A stretch of 63,384 bases of DNA, filler included, from Octopus bimaculoides (taxonomy: Eukaryota): the NCBI RefSeq assembly GCF_001194135.2. It is 6 parts of 5 records of this genome, joined end to end, with 100 filler letters (N's around TTAATTAATTAA, not from the genome) between each part and the next. Parts side by side here need not be neighbours in the genome. Positions count along the whole stretch, not along the records: positions 12,198 to 42,040 come from NC_068984.1; 5 more parts are not named here. The stretch is one strand, 5' to 3'. Shown piece by piece: positions 12,098-24,410 of this stretch; positions within the stretch are counted from its first letter, which is position 1, and the number at the start of each line of letters is the position of its first letter. The notes under the pieces are model-generated. The model was not told where the DNA came from. It ran no database searches and saw nothing but the letters and a program-made list of their open reading frames with translations. The position numbers and the translations under genes were made by a program.

Positions 12098-12197
12098 NNN
12101 NNNNNNNNNNNNNNNNNNNNNNNNNNNNNNNNNNNNNNNNNTTAATTAATTAANNNNNNNNNNNNNNNNNNNNNNNNNNNNNNNNNNNNNNNNNNNN
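12098..12197. other. Assembly join placeholder (44 N + TTAATTAATTAA + 44 N); also at ~42085, 51511, 59220, 61142
   Basis: An identical 12-mer giving stops in all six frames, centred in 100-bp N blocks, occurs five times. Confidence 0.95.
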
Positions 12198-12319
12198 ACA
12201 GGCATTTGGCCGGAGGTTAGACCAGCTTGAGGTGTTTAAACGACTGAAAGCACAAGACTCAGTCTTCAACGCGAGGTCAGATCATTACAATGTTACTTTC
12301 ACGTCCTCGCTACTGCTGC

Positions 12320-12324
12320 CTTCA

Positions 12325-12360
<36 letters not shown>

Positions 12361-12391
12361 TTGTCTGTCTGTCTCTCTCTCTCTCTCTCTG

Positions 12392-12427
<36 letters not shown>

Positions 12428-12590
12428 CGTGTGTGTGTGTGTGTGTACGTGTGTGTGCGTATGTGTGTGAGAGAGAGAGTGTATGTGTTTGTGTGGGTGG
12501 GTGTGAGTGTGCGTGCGTGTATCTGTGTGTGCATGTGTGTGTATGTGTGCATATGCATGCAAAGAGCATACATATGCATATGCATTATTT
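12320..12590. repeat. Compound microsatellite (ATCT)n/(CT)n/(TA)n/(TG)n
   Basis: Directly visible. It generates the spurious HTHT, CVCV and IYLS ORFs. Confidence 0.95.
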
Positions 12591-12595
12591 GTACC

Positions 12596-12732
12596 AATTT
12601 TCACTCAAGATTTTGGTCAACTCGTCCATCCGAGTTCAAGGCAAAAGAAACTCACCCAAGGTACTATACAGAAGGATCAAACCCAGAACCACCTGGTCGC
12701 AAGGTGAACTTCACGACCCACAGTCACACCTA
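12596..12732 (-). mobile_element. Degenerate tRNA-derived SINE head (family A)
   Basis: The reverse complement aligns by eye to the head of the copy at 20760. Confidence 0.55.
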
Positions 12733-13059
12733 TAAGCTTTTTTATCTTAAATTGTAGAATGTGATGTGAAAGAAAATTGCCTGCTATTTCTAGCATGTCG
12801 AACGACCACATAAAGTCTGAGCCAATCTGTTTATGCACATGTGCGTACCGATGGTGGAAGAGCAGCCATGTTTGTGTGGGCAGATATAGATTTGAACGAA
12901 TGTGAATAATATTAAGAATTTTCACGCCTTCTTCTATAAATAAAACAGCATCTTCTCCATCATCGATGACTTCGATGTAGATAATGACGTCATCAACCTC
13001 AATAAGCGTCATCACTAGCTTCAGTAACGGTGAAAATGTCAGTGTCGGTTGCAGTAGCT

Positions 13060-13276
13060 ACGTAAACGATGACGGCGATGATGACGCTTGTTGTTATTGA
13101 GATGCATGATGATGATGATGATGAGGATGAGGATGATGATGATGAGGATGATGATGATTATGATGATGATGTCAACGACGATGATGAAAAAGAGGATAAT
13201 GATAAGACGGGTAAAGATAATGATGAGCATGTTGATGATAATGATGATGAGGAGGAGGAGGAGGGGGAGATCTGGG

Positions 13277-13334
<58 letters not shown>

Positions 13335-13800
13335 GTAGAGGGGCAGGAGGAATATGATGTGTAGTTGATGATACTTATAACGAAGAGAAGGAGGAGGAGG
13401 AAGAGAAGGAGTAGGAGGCAGAGAAGAAGGAAGACGTTAATGATGATGATGATGATGATGAGAAAGAGCAGAAGGAAGAAGAGAAGGAGGAGGAGGAGAA
13501 GGAAGAGGAGGAAGAGGAGGAAGAGAAGGAAGAGAAGGAGGAGGAGGAGGAGGAGGAAGAGAAGGAAGAGGAGGGAGAGGAGGAAGAGGAAGAAGAAGAG
13601 GAAGAGGAGACTCATAACTCCCCACCATCACCACCACGACGACGACGATGATGATGATGATGATAATGATGGCGATGATGATGGCAATGATAATGATTAT
13701 GAGGAGGAGGAGCAGGTAGCGGAGGAAGAGGTAGCGGAGGAAGAGGTAGCGGAGCAGAAGGTAGCGGAGCAGAAGGTAGCGGAGGAGGAGGAGGAGTATA
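13060..13800. repeat. Low-complexity trinucleotide tracts (GAT)n, (GAG/GAA)n and a 15-bp GAGGTAGCGGAGGAA/CAG repeat
   Basis: Directly visible. Confidence 0.95.
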
Positions 13801-14261
13801 AGAATGAGCCGGAGGGGGGTGGAGCAGAAGGGCCGGGGCTACACACTAGGCAGGGCTAAACAATCACATAAAACGCTAAAATCTGTGGGTGCCACGCAAA
13901 TTCTGAATAGCTGAAATGTAATTTCTTAACCCAACAGAACTTCCCTAAATATCAACGGAACAGAGAAAGAGAGTGGACAGGGTAAGGGTAAGGCAAGGAA
14001 CCCGAGAAGGTTATCGAGTTTCCTCATCCATAAAATAATTTGGAGTGAAGCATTCAAAATATTTACTAAATAACAGATTTAATTGGTGATATGCATGTTA
14101 ATAAAACTAGCTATCGTGCACACAAGTTAATTATAATTGTTCCACTGTAGATTTCAGCTTATAAAGAGGTTGATAACCTGAAGGATTTGTTGTAAATATA
14201 CTTCAAAGTAGCACAAAATGTAGAGCTGACTGAAGAGAGTAGATTGTAGAATTCAGAGAGC

Positions 14262-16247
14262 GCACATTGTAGAACTCAATGAAGGAAGTGCACATGGTAA
14301 GGCTGGAATAAAAGGCAGAGATAGATGGAATGGGGGAATGAATTACATATTATTGAACTGGGAGAAGGATACCACAATCTAGGGCCAGGCAGAGATTCAC
14401 AGTGTAGGGCTGGAAGGAGGTACACATTGTCGGGTTGGAAGGAGACATATATTGCAGAGCTGGGAGGAGACATACATTGTAGGGCTGGGAGAAGATACAC
14501 ATTGTAGGGCTGGAAGGTGACAGACACTATTCGACAGGAAGGAGAGCAATATTGTGGGGCTAGAAGACACACATTCTAGGTTTGGAAAGAGACATATATT
14601 GTAGGGCTGGAGGGAAACCCACATTGTAGAGCTGGGATGAAAAACACAATGCAGGGCTAGGAGGAGATACACGTTGTAAGGCTAGGAGAAGACAGACATA
14701 GTACGGCTAGAAGGAGACACATATTGTAGGGCTGGAACGAGACATATTGTAGGGCTGGGAAGGGACCCATATTGTAGGGCTGGGAAGAGACCCACGTAAT
14801 AGAGCTGGAAGGAGGCACAAGTTGAGCTGGGAGGAGACATACAATGTAAGGCTAGGAGAGGACACACATTGTAGGGCTGGAAGGAGACAGAAACTGTAGT
14901 GCTGGAAGGAGACATATGTCAGGCATGAGAGAAACAGACTTTATAGAGCGGGAAGAAGACATATTGCAGAGTTGGGATGAGAGACATATAGCAGGGCTGA
15001 GAGGAGACCCACATTGTAGGGCTGGGAAGAGACAGAAATTGTAAGGCTGGATGAAGACAAATACTGCAGGTTGGTAGGAGACACATATTGCAGGGCTGGG
15101 AAGAGGCCAACACTGTAAGGCTGGAAGGAGACACACATTGTAGGGCGGTGAGGAGAAACATATTGTAGGGCAGGAAGGAGGGACACATTGTAGGGCTGGG
15201 GAGAAGGACATAATGTCGGGCTAGAATGAGACACACATTGTTGGGCTGGGAGGAGAATCATATTGCAGGACACAAGTTGTAAGGCTATGAGGAGAAACAC
15301 ACTGGAGGGCTGGGATGAGACCCACACTGTTGGGCTGTTAGGAGAGAGACATTGTAGGGCTGGGAGGAGGTACACATTGTAGGTCAGGAGGTGACACATT
15401 CTAGCACTGGGGGGGGGGACACACATTATAAGGCTGGGAGGAGACCCATATTGTAAGGCTGGGAGTAGACATACATTGTTAGGCTGGAAGGAGACCCACA
15501 TTGTAGGATTGAAGGGAGACACACATTGTATAGCTAGGAAGACACATACATTTAGAGCTGCGAGGAGACACTCAATGTAGGGCTGGAGAGGTAACACACT
15601 GTAGGGATTCTTGGATGCACACGTTGTAGAGCTTGAATGAGCCATGCTTTGTAGGGCTGGAAAGCGACACACATTGAAGGGCTGGGACAATACACACATT
15701 GTAGGACTAGAAAGAAACATACAGCGAAGGGCTGGAACGAGACAGACATCATAGGGCTGGAAGTACACGTACATTATTGGGCTGGGAGTAGACCCACGTT
15801 GTAGGCTTGGGAGGAGATAGACATTTTAGGGCTAGGAGAAAACACACATTGTAGAGTTGGGAGGAGGCACATATTGCAGGGTTGGGAGGAGACGCATATT
15901 GCTGGGCTGGGAGGGGACAGACATTGTAGGGCTTGAAAGAAACACATACTGCAGGGTTTGGAGGAGACCCACATTAAGGGCGGTGAGGAGATACATAGCG
16001 CAGAACTAGGAGGAGACAGACATTTTAGGGCTTAATGGAGACACGTTTTGCAGGCTAGGAGCAGACATACATTGTAGGGCTGAGATGAGAAACATATTGT
16101 AGAGTTGGGAGGAGACGCAAATTGTATGGCTCGAATGAGATCCTCATTTTAGGGGGTGGAAGGAGGAACATGTTGTAGGGCTGGAAGGAGAAACACATTT
16201 TAAGGCTGGAAGTAAACTCACATTATAGGGCTGAAAGGAGACACATT
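14262..16247 (+). repeat. Minisatellite, ~25-bp unit GACACACATTGTAGGGCTGGGAGGA, roughly 75-80 diverged copies
   Basis: The CATTGTAGGGCTGG core recurs about every 25 bp (unit length varies) over ~2 kb. Confidence 0.95.
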
Positions 16248-16672
16248 TGTAACGACCGTGCGACCAGGAGATGGGGACGAAGGAATGGCTCCTTTAGGGC
16301 ATCGCACGGTCGGCACAAATATAAAAACAAAAAATGAAATGAGGCTAAAATGAGCTAAGTGCCAACAAGAAAAGAGAGAGACTCAACCGGTAAAAGGTAT
16401 AAAAGTAAGGTTTTATTGGTTGTCAACTTGAGTGTACGTGTGTGTGTGTGTGAGAGCGACATAATAAAACACAATATTAGACAGGCCGTCGTGTAAACAA
16501 AGAATGCGTGTGTATACAAATATGTGTATGTGAATGCAAGAGATACAGAGCATAGAAAAGAGTCTATAAGGACGTTAGAAGAAAGTCCAGACACAAGGAT
16601 GGGAAATACCAGTTTGTATTGAAGTGCTGTACCAAGAGGTTGTGGCGGAAATCTTGCTTGAGACAGGTTACA
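16248..16672. mobile_element. LTR-like unit (425 bp, TGTAAC...GTTACA termini)
   Basis: Inverted 6-bp termini TGTAAC and GTTACA. AATAAA occurs on both strands, and the minus strand ends GGTCGTTACA. No TSD match (ACATT vs TGGTA). Confidence 0.5.
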
Positions 16673-17009
16673 TGGTATGCCCCATACGGAGCCCAAATAG
16701 CTACCAATATACCAGGTAAATTTTGCATAGCTTTATACCAGCGCTTCCCACCACCAAGTTAATATGGTAAGTTATTTAAGAGACACACTGTTAAATTTGC
16801 CCATTCATTTAAAAGAAACTTGGCTGAAATTATACCAGCGCATAATACTAGTAAGTTAAGAGATTTTGTTTGAAATGAATTTAGCCAATCATCTTAATAG
16901 TAATAAGGATAGTAGTAGTAATAAGGATCATATAAATAACAGTAGGAATGGTTATGTTGATAATAGTAATGATGATGTTAATGGTAGTGATCATAATAAT
17001 CATAGTAGT

Positions 17010-17200
17010 AATATTGGTTTCAAATTTTGGTAAAAGGTCAGCAATTTGGTGGTGGGTCAGTTGATTACATCGACCCAGTGCTCAACTGGTACTTATTTTA
17101 TTGACCCTGAAAGGAGGAACAACAAAGTCGACCTCTTCGGAATAGTCAACAACTAATATTTTTTTTATACTCTAGGCACAAGGCCCGAAATTCTTAGAGA
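17010..17200 (-). mobile_element. SINE family B body/tail fragments
   Basis: ATCGACCCAGTGCTCAACTGGTACTTATTTTATTGACCCTGAAAGG...AAAGTCGACCTC is the reverse complement of the body of the copies at 29490-29905. Confidence 0.7.
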
Positions 17201-18174
17201 GGGAGCCAGTTTCAAATTGTTTGGTTTAAAAAAATTATAGATGTTTTCGATCCAGTTTGGATTCTTTGCCATCAAACTTGATGGCAAAGAAACCAAACTA
17301 GATTGAAAACATCATTTATAATTGAGCCAAATTGAACAGATCATCCGAAACTTGCATAAGCTGATTTAAATGTATAATTCTCCATTCTGTTATGTTTATG
17401 TACACATATGACCGGGTGGTGCGTTATGTTCTTGAGCAAAACTCTCCATCTCACGTTGCTGTGCAATCACTTCGACGCGTGGTACAACGTGCCCCTGTTT
17501 AGACAACGTCTATTTGATGGAGAGAGTGAACTAATGTGCGGCACGAACATTTGATCACTATAAACAAATCACTATAAACAAATCGTTCGGCAATAGCGGA
17601 ACGTTCAAACGTCGTCTTTGACGGGTAAGTCCATCTTGTGTTGGTTGGGGGAGTGTTTATAAACATGTTTGAGTGCAAATGCATATAAAATAATATAAAT
17701 AAATATATAAAGACTTTTGACATCATCTTGGAAACATTGTATTGGCCTATTTGTACGTAATTTTTCATAGATCGTCTTATTTTAGGAACACATATGTTTG
17801 ATATTTTTGTCAATGTTTTTGATGTTACTTAAATATGTTCAAATATTTACTTTACAAACACAATTCGATATTTAGATATTTGATATCACCCTATCATCAG
17901 TGGAATGTCAAATAATGCTTGCATTATNNNNNNNNNNNNNNNNNNNNNNNNNNNNNNNNNNNNNNNNNNNNNNNNNNNNNNNNNNNNNNNNNNNNNNNNN
18001 NNNNNNNNNNNNNNNNNNNNNNNNNNNNNNNNNNNNNNNNNNNNNNNNNNNNNNNNNNNNNNNNNNNNNNNNNNNNNNNNNNNNNNNNNNNNNNNNNNNN
18101 NNNNNNNNNNNNNNNNNNNNNNNNNNNNNNNNNNNNNNNNNNNNNNNNNNNNNNNNNNNNNNNNNNNNNNNNNN

Positions 18175-18226
<52 letters not shown>

Positions 18227-18254
18227 ACACAAACACATACTTACATAAATAGTT

Positions 18255-18583
18255 TACGTTTATTACTGACACTCCGTCGGTTACGACGACGAGGGTTTCA
18301 GTTGATCCGATCAACTGAACAGCCTGCTCGTTAAATTAACGTACAAATGGCCGAGTACTCCACAGACACGCGTGCCCTTAACGTAGTTCTCCTGAAGATT
18401 CAGCGTGACACAGAATGCAACAAGGTTGGCCCTTTGAATTACAGGTACAACTCATCTTTGCCAGCTGAGTGGATTGCAGCAACGTGGAATAAGTGTCTTG
18501 CTCAAGGACATGACGTGCCACCAGGGATCGAACTCACGATCTTATGATCGTGAGCCAAGTATACTAACTACTATGTCACACAC
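18255..18583 (-). mobile_element. tRNA-derived SINE (family C)
   Basis: The minus strand has a B-box-like GAGTTCGATCCC, then TGTCCTTGAGCAAGACACTT...CCACTCAGCTGGCAAA, shared with 24210 and 46105. Confidence 0.8.
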
Positions 18584-20759
18584 CTTAACTCGCTCATACA
18601 TACATACATACATACATACATACATACATACATACATGCATACATACATAGGATGCATGTATTTAAGTAGGAATGCATGTAATTTATGTATGTATATGCA
18701 TTCCATTTTTGCTTTGATTTATTCTCAAATTTCATTTATCCGTTTATCGATTTCACACTCAGTTTCTGTCATTGTGAATATGTATTTCTTCTTATAACTC
18801 CTAGGTCACATTCATCAATAATAGTGAAAACGACCACACGAAATTGTACTGAATGTCGCTGATATGTATTTTATCGTGCTGCCAGATTGGAGCAGTCTCG
18901 AGTACAACCAGCCGAAACAGCAAAAATAATCGGGAAATCGACTGACGAAAGAAAACTTCAAATGACCCGTCCTTGTTTTTTCTTGTCCCTTTTTGTATCA
19001 TCTAACTGTCTGGATGTCTTGTTGTCGCCTGTTGCGTCCTTGTCCCATTTTTTGTATTCTTTTTTATATACATATAGCGGCGTACGTACACTTTAGTCTC
19101 TTATATGTAAATACATACATATATANNNNNNNNNNNNNNNNNNNNNNNNNNNNNNNNNNNNNNNNNNNNNNNNNNNNNNNNNNNNNNNNNNNNNNNNNNN
19201 NNNNNNNNNNNNNNNNNNNNNNNNNNNNNNNNNNNNNNNNNNNNNNNNNNNNNNNNNNNNNNNNNNNNNNNNNNNNNNNNNNNNNNNNNNNNNNNNNNNN
19301 NNNNNNNNNNNNNNNNNNNNNNNNNNNNNNNNNNNNNNNNNNNNNNNNNNNNNNNNNNNNNNNNNNNNNNNNNNNNNNNNNNNNNNNNNNNNNNNNNNNN
19401 NNNNNNNNNNNNNNNNNNNNNNNNNNNNNNNNNNNNNNNNNNNNNNNNNNNNNNNNNNNNNNNNNNNNNNNNNNNNNNNNNNNNNNNNNNNNNNNNNNNN
19501 NNNNNNNNNNNNNNNNATTTTGTACGACTCTCTTATTCTTTCATTCTTTCATTATTTCTTTCACCCCCTTCGCACTTACTTCGTTCTTTCCACTCTTCTT
19601 TCTTTCGCTCCCCCCTCTCTCACATTTCCTGGCCTTCCTTTCATTCTCACCTTCCCTCCTCTTTCGCTTCACTCTGTCCCTTTTCTTTTTTCTCGTTCCT
19701 CCCTAATTCTTCTATCCCTTTGCCTCTACCTCTCTCCTCTCCTACCACGTTACAGGTGTTCGGCCAAGCCTGACCTTTTTATTTCTTGGTTTGACTACCA
19801 TCCGTGCAACATCTATATTCCTTCCTATGCTTGTCATCTCCTATGTCCATGCCGTAAGGCTTCACTCCCACACATTAGACCCCTTTGTAAGAAAGCTAAC
19901 GAATGTGTACGGCAACAAAGACAAAACGGAGAACATGATACACAAAAAGACAAAAAACAGAAAACATGGTACACAATTACGAATACAAACAAGAAAATAA
20001 CAACAGGTGTCTTTCGACTAAGAACGAATCCTATTGAGCTGGCGTGCATGAAGTGAAATCCTAAAGGCAGGAACATGCGAGGTGTTGGCGGTCGGCAGTC
20101 AGGCCAAGAAAGAAAGATCATGGCTGGCCGGACACCGGTCACGTGGAAAGAGAAGATATGGGCATGGGGCAGCGGGATTGAAGGATTAGAAAAAAAAATC
20201 AGAGACAAAGAGAAAGGTACAGGGGTGATAAACGAGTGGGAAATAGTGGGAGTTAAAGGAAGAGAGGGCCAATAAATGTGAGCGAGAGGAGGAGCGAGAA
20301 AAAGAAAAAAAAGATGAAAGTAAGAGGGGACTAAAAGATAGAGTGAGAGTCCTACAAAATTTAGATACATACCTACTANNNNNNNNNNNNNNNNNNNNNN
20401 NNNNNNNNNNNNNNNNNNNNNNNNNNNNNNNNNNNNNNNNNNNNNNNNNNNNNNNNNNNNNNNNNNNNNNNNNNNNNNNNNNNNNNNNNNNNNNNNNNNN
20501 NNNNNNNNNNNNNNNNNNNNNNNNNNNNNNNNNNNNNNNNNNNNNNNNNNNNNNNNNNNNNNNNNNNNNNNNNNNNNNNNNNNNNNNNNNNNNNNNNNNN
20601 NNNNNNNNNNNNNNNNNNNNNNNNNNNNNNNNNNNNNNNNNNNNNNNNNNNNNNNNNNNNNNNNNNNNNNNNNNNNNNNNNNNNNNNNNNNNNNNNNNNN
20701 NNNNNNNNNNNNNNNNNNNNNNNNNNNNNNNNNNNNNNNNNNNNNNNNNNNNNNNNNNT

Positions 20760-21170
20760 ATAGGCGCAGGAGTGGCTGTGTGGTAAGTAGCTTGCTTACC
20801 AACCACATGGTTCCGGGTTCAGTCCCACTGCGTGGCACCTTGGGCAAGTGTCTTCTACTATAGCCTCGGGCCGACCAAAGCCTTGTGAGTGAATTTGGTA
20901 GACGGAAACTGAAAGAAACCCGTCGTATATATGTATATATATATGTATATGTGTATGTGTGTCTGTGTTTGTCCTCCCAACATCGCTTGACAACCGATGC
21001 TGGTGTGTTTCTGTCCCCCGTAACTTAGCGGTTCGGCCTAAAAAGAGACCGATAGAATAAGTACTAGGCTTACAAAAGAATAAGTCCTGGGGTCGATTTG
21101 ATTCGACTAAAGGCGGTGCTCCAGCATGGCCGCGGTCAAATGACTGAAACAAGTAAAAGAATAAAGGAAT
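20760..21170 (+). mobile_element. Full-length tRNA-derived SINE (family A)
   Basis: AGGCGCAGGAGTGGCTGTGTGGTAAG (A box)...GGTTCAGTCCC (B box)...CCTTGGGCAAGTG...internal (TA/TG)n...TGACTGAAACAAGTAAAAGAATAAAG. Partial copies lie at ~31370, 31725, 32500, 35165 (minus), 58570 and 62283. Confidence 0.9.
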
Positions 21171-21211
21171 ATATATATATATATCCTTTTCTAGGATATA
21201 TAATAAATGTA

Positions 21212-22213
21212 GATAACATATCAGACTTCCATATAACGATTTGATTTTTTATAAGAGGCACACACAGGCAGGGTCCATACTTAAAACATCGTCTTCTACA
21301 TCATCTGAGGAGTGGGGGCGATTTTGAAGGTGATATGCTCAGAAGTATATAGCAGAAGTCGCAATATATATATATATATGTATGCATATAGTAATAATAT
21401 TAGGGATAAAAATCCAAATTTACAGGTAAAAACTCAATTAAATTCAATTTACCAAAAATTAAAATTAAATTAAGTTTCACAGTATATAATATATAATATA
21501 TAATTTAGGGAAAAGAACCAAAGTTCATGAACTCATCGATGAAAATCCACAGTCACATATAGAAAAATTTAATAAGTAAATACACTAAACAGAACTATAA
21601 TAAAATACAAAGTAATAATCATTAGAATAAATTAATATTCATTAAAATAATCATTAAAATAATATATTATTTTAATGATTATTACTTTGTATTTTATTAT
21701 AGTTCTTTTTAGTGTATTTACTTATTAAATTTTTCTATATGTGACTGTGGATTTTCATGGATGAGTCCATGAACTTTGGTTCTTTCCTCTAAATTATATA
21801 TATATATATATATTATTTTATTTAAAAGAGTTCCAACTCTGTCTGTTTTTTATGTTTTATTTATATTCTTGTAAAATTAATGTGGGATATAGAATATGGA
21901 ATAAATAATATATAATATAAAAATGGATGGTACAATGAAATGAAGTATTGAATGTCTTATTGAATATATGGAATATGTCTTATTGAACATATGAAATATT
22001 GAGTGTTCAATATAAAGGATTAAATATATAAAGGCGAATACGTATTTTCAATACCTTGTGGTATTCGACTCCTGCCATATGTTTCTGATCATATGACCTT
22101 TAAAATCGACCCCACAAAGATGACGTAGTGGAGGATAGTTTGAGTATGGGCCCTGGTCCCTGTGTGTCTTTTATGAAAAATTAAATCGTTACATGGAAGT
22201 GTGATATGCTATC
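21212..22213. repeat. Nested inverted repeat (foldback)
   Basis: Inner arms ~21499-21624 and ~21673-21798 differ at about 5 positions. Outer arms ~21212-21365 and ~22065-22213 are more diverged. Confidence 0.9.
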
Positions 22214-22244
22214 GACATTCATTATATGTCCTTGCAAAGGCGCC

Positions 22245-22400
22245 GGTTAAAATGCTTAGCAGTACTTCGTCTGCCTCTACGTTCTGAGTTCAAAATCCAC
22301 CGAGCTCGACTTTGCCTTTCATCACTGGAGTCGATGCGATTGACCAAGCCTCCTTCCCACAGATTTCAGGCCTTTTGCCTTTAGTCGAAAGGATTTTATA
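22245..22400 (+). mobile_element. SINE family B fragment
   Basis: AAATGCTTAGCAGTACTTCGTCTG...ACGTTCTGAGTTCAAAATCCACCGAGCTCGACTTTGCCTTTCATC. Confidence 0.75.
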
Positions 22401-24209
22401 TATTAGCGTCTTCGTTATACGTTTGATGGGATGTAGAACACCACGACAGCAAGGTACAGACACGCACGCACACACGTTCTTATAGCTGTATTCCTATTTA
22501 TCATTATTTATCAATATATGAGTGTATTTGTGCACTTGTATGTATTCATGTGTGTGTGTGCGTGAAAGTCTCTCAATGTGGTTGGGATCTCTATGTGTGT
22601 GTTTGTGTAGATCAGTGTGTGTATATTTTCCTATTCTCTCTCTCTCTCCCTCTNNNNNNNNNNNNNNNNNNNNNNNNNNNNNNNNNNNNNNNNNNNNNNN
22701 NNNNNNNNNNNNNNNNNNNNNNNNNNNNNNNNNNNNNNNNNNNNNNNNNNNNNNNNNNNNNNNNNNNNNNNNNNNNNNNNNNNNNNNNNNNNNNNNNNNN
22801 NNNNNNNNNNNNNNNNNNNNNNNNNNNNNNNNNNNNNNNNNNNNNNNNNNNNNNNNNNNNNNNNNNNNNNNNNNNNNNNNNNNNNNNNNNNNNNNNNNNN
22901 NNNNNTGATATCTGTTTCGTAACACCATGACATCCTGTTTGAATTCTTTAATAAATAAATACATAAAGGAATAAAAGTTTGAAGATAAAATATATCAATG
23001 CAGGAAAAAAAATATTTAACCGTCTATTTTAAATTGTATTCATACAAACATTGAATATATATGTTATTGCTATTATGTTAAACTGTCGTATATCCAATTT
23101 TGGCCAAATGCGTTGTTTTCAATATTTATTTTTGCTTGCAATAGCCGGTTCTTTTGGTCAAACTATCTCCAGCTGCTTCAGATGCCAAGGTCAGTGTAGA
23201 ACAACGGTTTTGCTATGGAATGGTAAAACTATTTTTTCGTGTTCTGAAAAGCAACGTTTTGAACTTACGACACTTTTACATAATAGCGACGATATATATA
23301 TATATAATTAATTAATTAATTAGTTAATTAAGCACTCAACTGGTGCTTTCCTGGAAATCTATAGAGCCCTTTCTGTTTATATATAAAGAAAATAAGGCCG
23401 CATGAGGTGTTGATTAGTTTAAAGTTATAAACAAATCTACTAGGTGTAAGCAAAAGCGAACTTACTTCAAAATTGTTGATTTTCGATAAATTGTAATAAC
23501 CAAGGTTTTTTTCTTCGCTTATTTTCTAAGAGAATCGAATTTTTAACCGTGTAAGTTGGGAAATTTCGATCTTTCGTTTGATTTTTACGGCGGTTTTAAT
23601 ACATGTGGTAATATAATATAATACATGTGGTAACAAACTGACAACCTGCGAGAACAAAAAGAAATCGACCAACACCACGATAAAGCATCCCATATCAAAG
23701 GTACCACAGAGGGAAGCGGAGAACCCCAAGAGGAACACCCCGGAAGAACGGATGGGCAATGGTCAAAAAGAGACGAAAAATGAAAGGTACCCCCTGTGCA
23801 CCCATGAAAAATGCCACCAAAGACAACCAAAAACCCGCATCCACAACATACACACACAAACCACAAACAACCTACTTAGTTACTCCAAAGACCCCATAAA
23901 AAACAAAGACAGCCAAAGACCCACATTCATATTATAGACAAAACACAAACATCCTGCTCATTTTTCCCAAACAAAGCCACATATAATACATTCACACAAG
24001 ACATATCACCACCAACAACACCAGAAAAAACCCCACCCTAGCTAAACATACATACAGAAATTCACGTGTTGCCCCATATTTATCCCCTCCACTCCCGAAC
24101 ACCAGCGAACTCAAATGACAATGCAATGTTCTTTTTCATCAATTGTTACACGTTATTTAATCATATGTTGATTCAACCCATTTTGTCTGTCCTGTACTAT
24201 GAATGAGTG

Positions 24210-24410
24210 AAGGCGTATGGCTCAGTGGTTAGAGCGTTGAGCTTACGTTCGTGAGGTAGTGAATTCGAATCCCGGACCGGGCTGCGTGTTGTGTTCTTGA
24301 GCAAGACACTTTATTTGACGTTGCTCCAGTTCACTCAGCTGTAGAAATAAGTTGCGACGTCACAGGTGCCAAGCTGTATCGGCCCCTTTGCCTTTCCCTT
24401 GGATAACACT
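24210..24410 (+). mobile_element. tRNA-derived SINE (family C-type head)
   Basis: TGGCTCAGTGGTTAGAGC (A box) and GAATTCGAATCCC (B box), then TGTTCTTGAGCAAGACACTTTATTT. Confidence 0.85.

Noticed and set aside
12142-12153. TTAATTAATTAA islands inside N runs (also 42085, 51511, 59220, 61142)
   Set aside because: An identical all-frame-stop 12-mer centred in 100-bp N blocks is a scaffolding placeholder. Adjacency across these joins is not reliable.
13039-13859. Poly-Asp, poly-Met, poly-Arg and poly-Leu ORFs
   Set aside because: These are translations of trinucleotide microsatellites, open in many frames on both strands.
14262-16247. Regularly spaced repeat array resembling CRISPR, and Cys/Pro-rich minus-strand ORFs
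   Set aside because: The units are contiguous and degenerate with no unique spacers or cas genes, and the context is eukaryotic. The ORFs are by-products of the repeat.
20760-20835. tRNA genes at SINE heads (also 24210, 32400-32472, 46105)
   Set aside because: A and B boxes are present, but they run into SINE bodies without a complete cloverleaf.
23620-24100. A/C-rich stretch resembling a LINE ORF1 tail (KNGWAMVKKRRK)
   Set aside because: It is too short and low-complexity to support a call.
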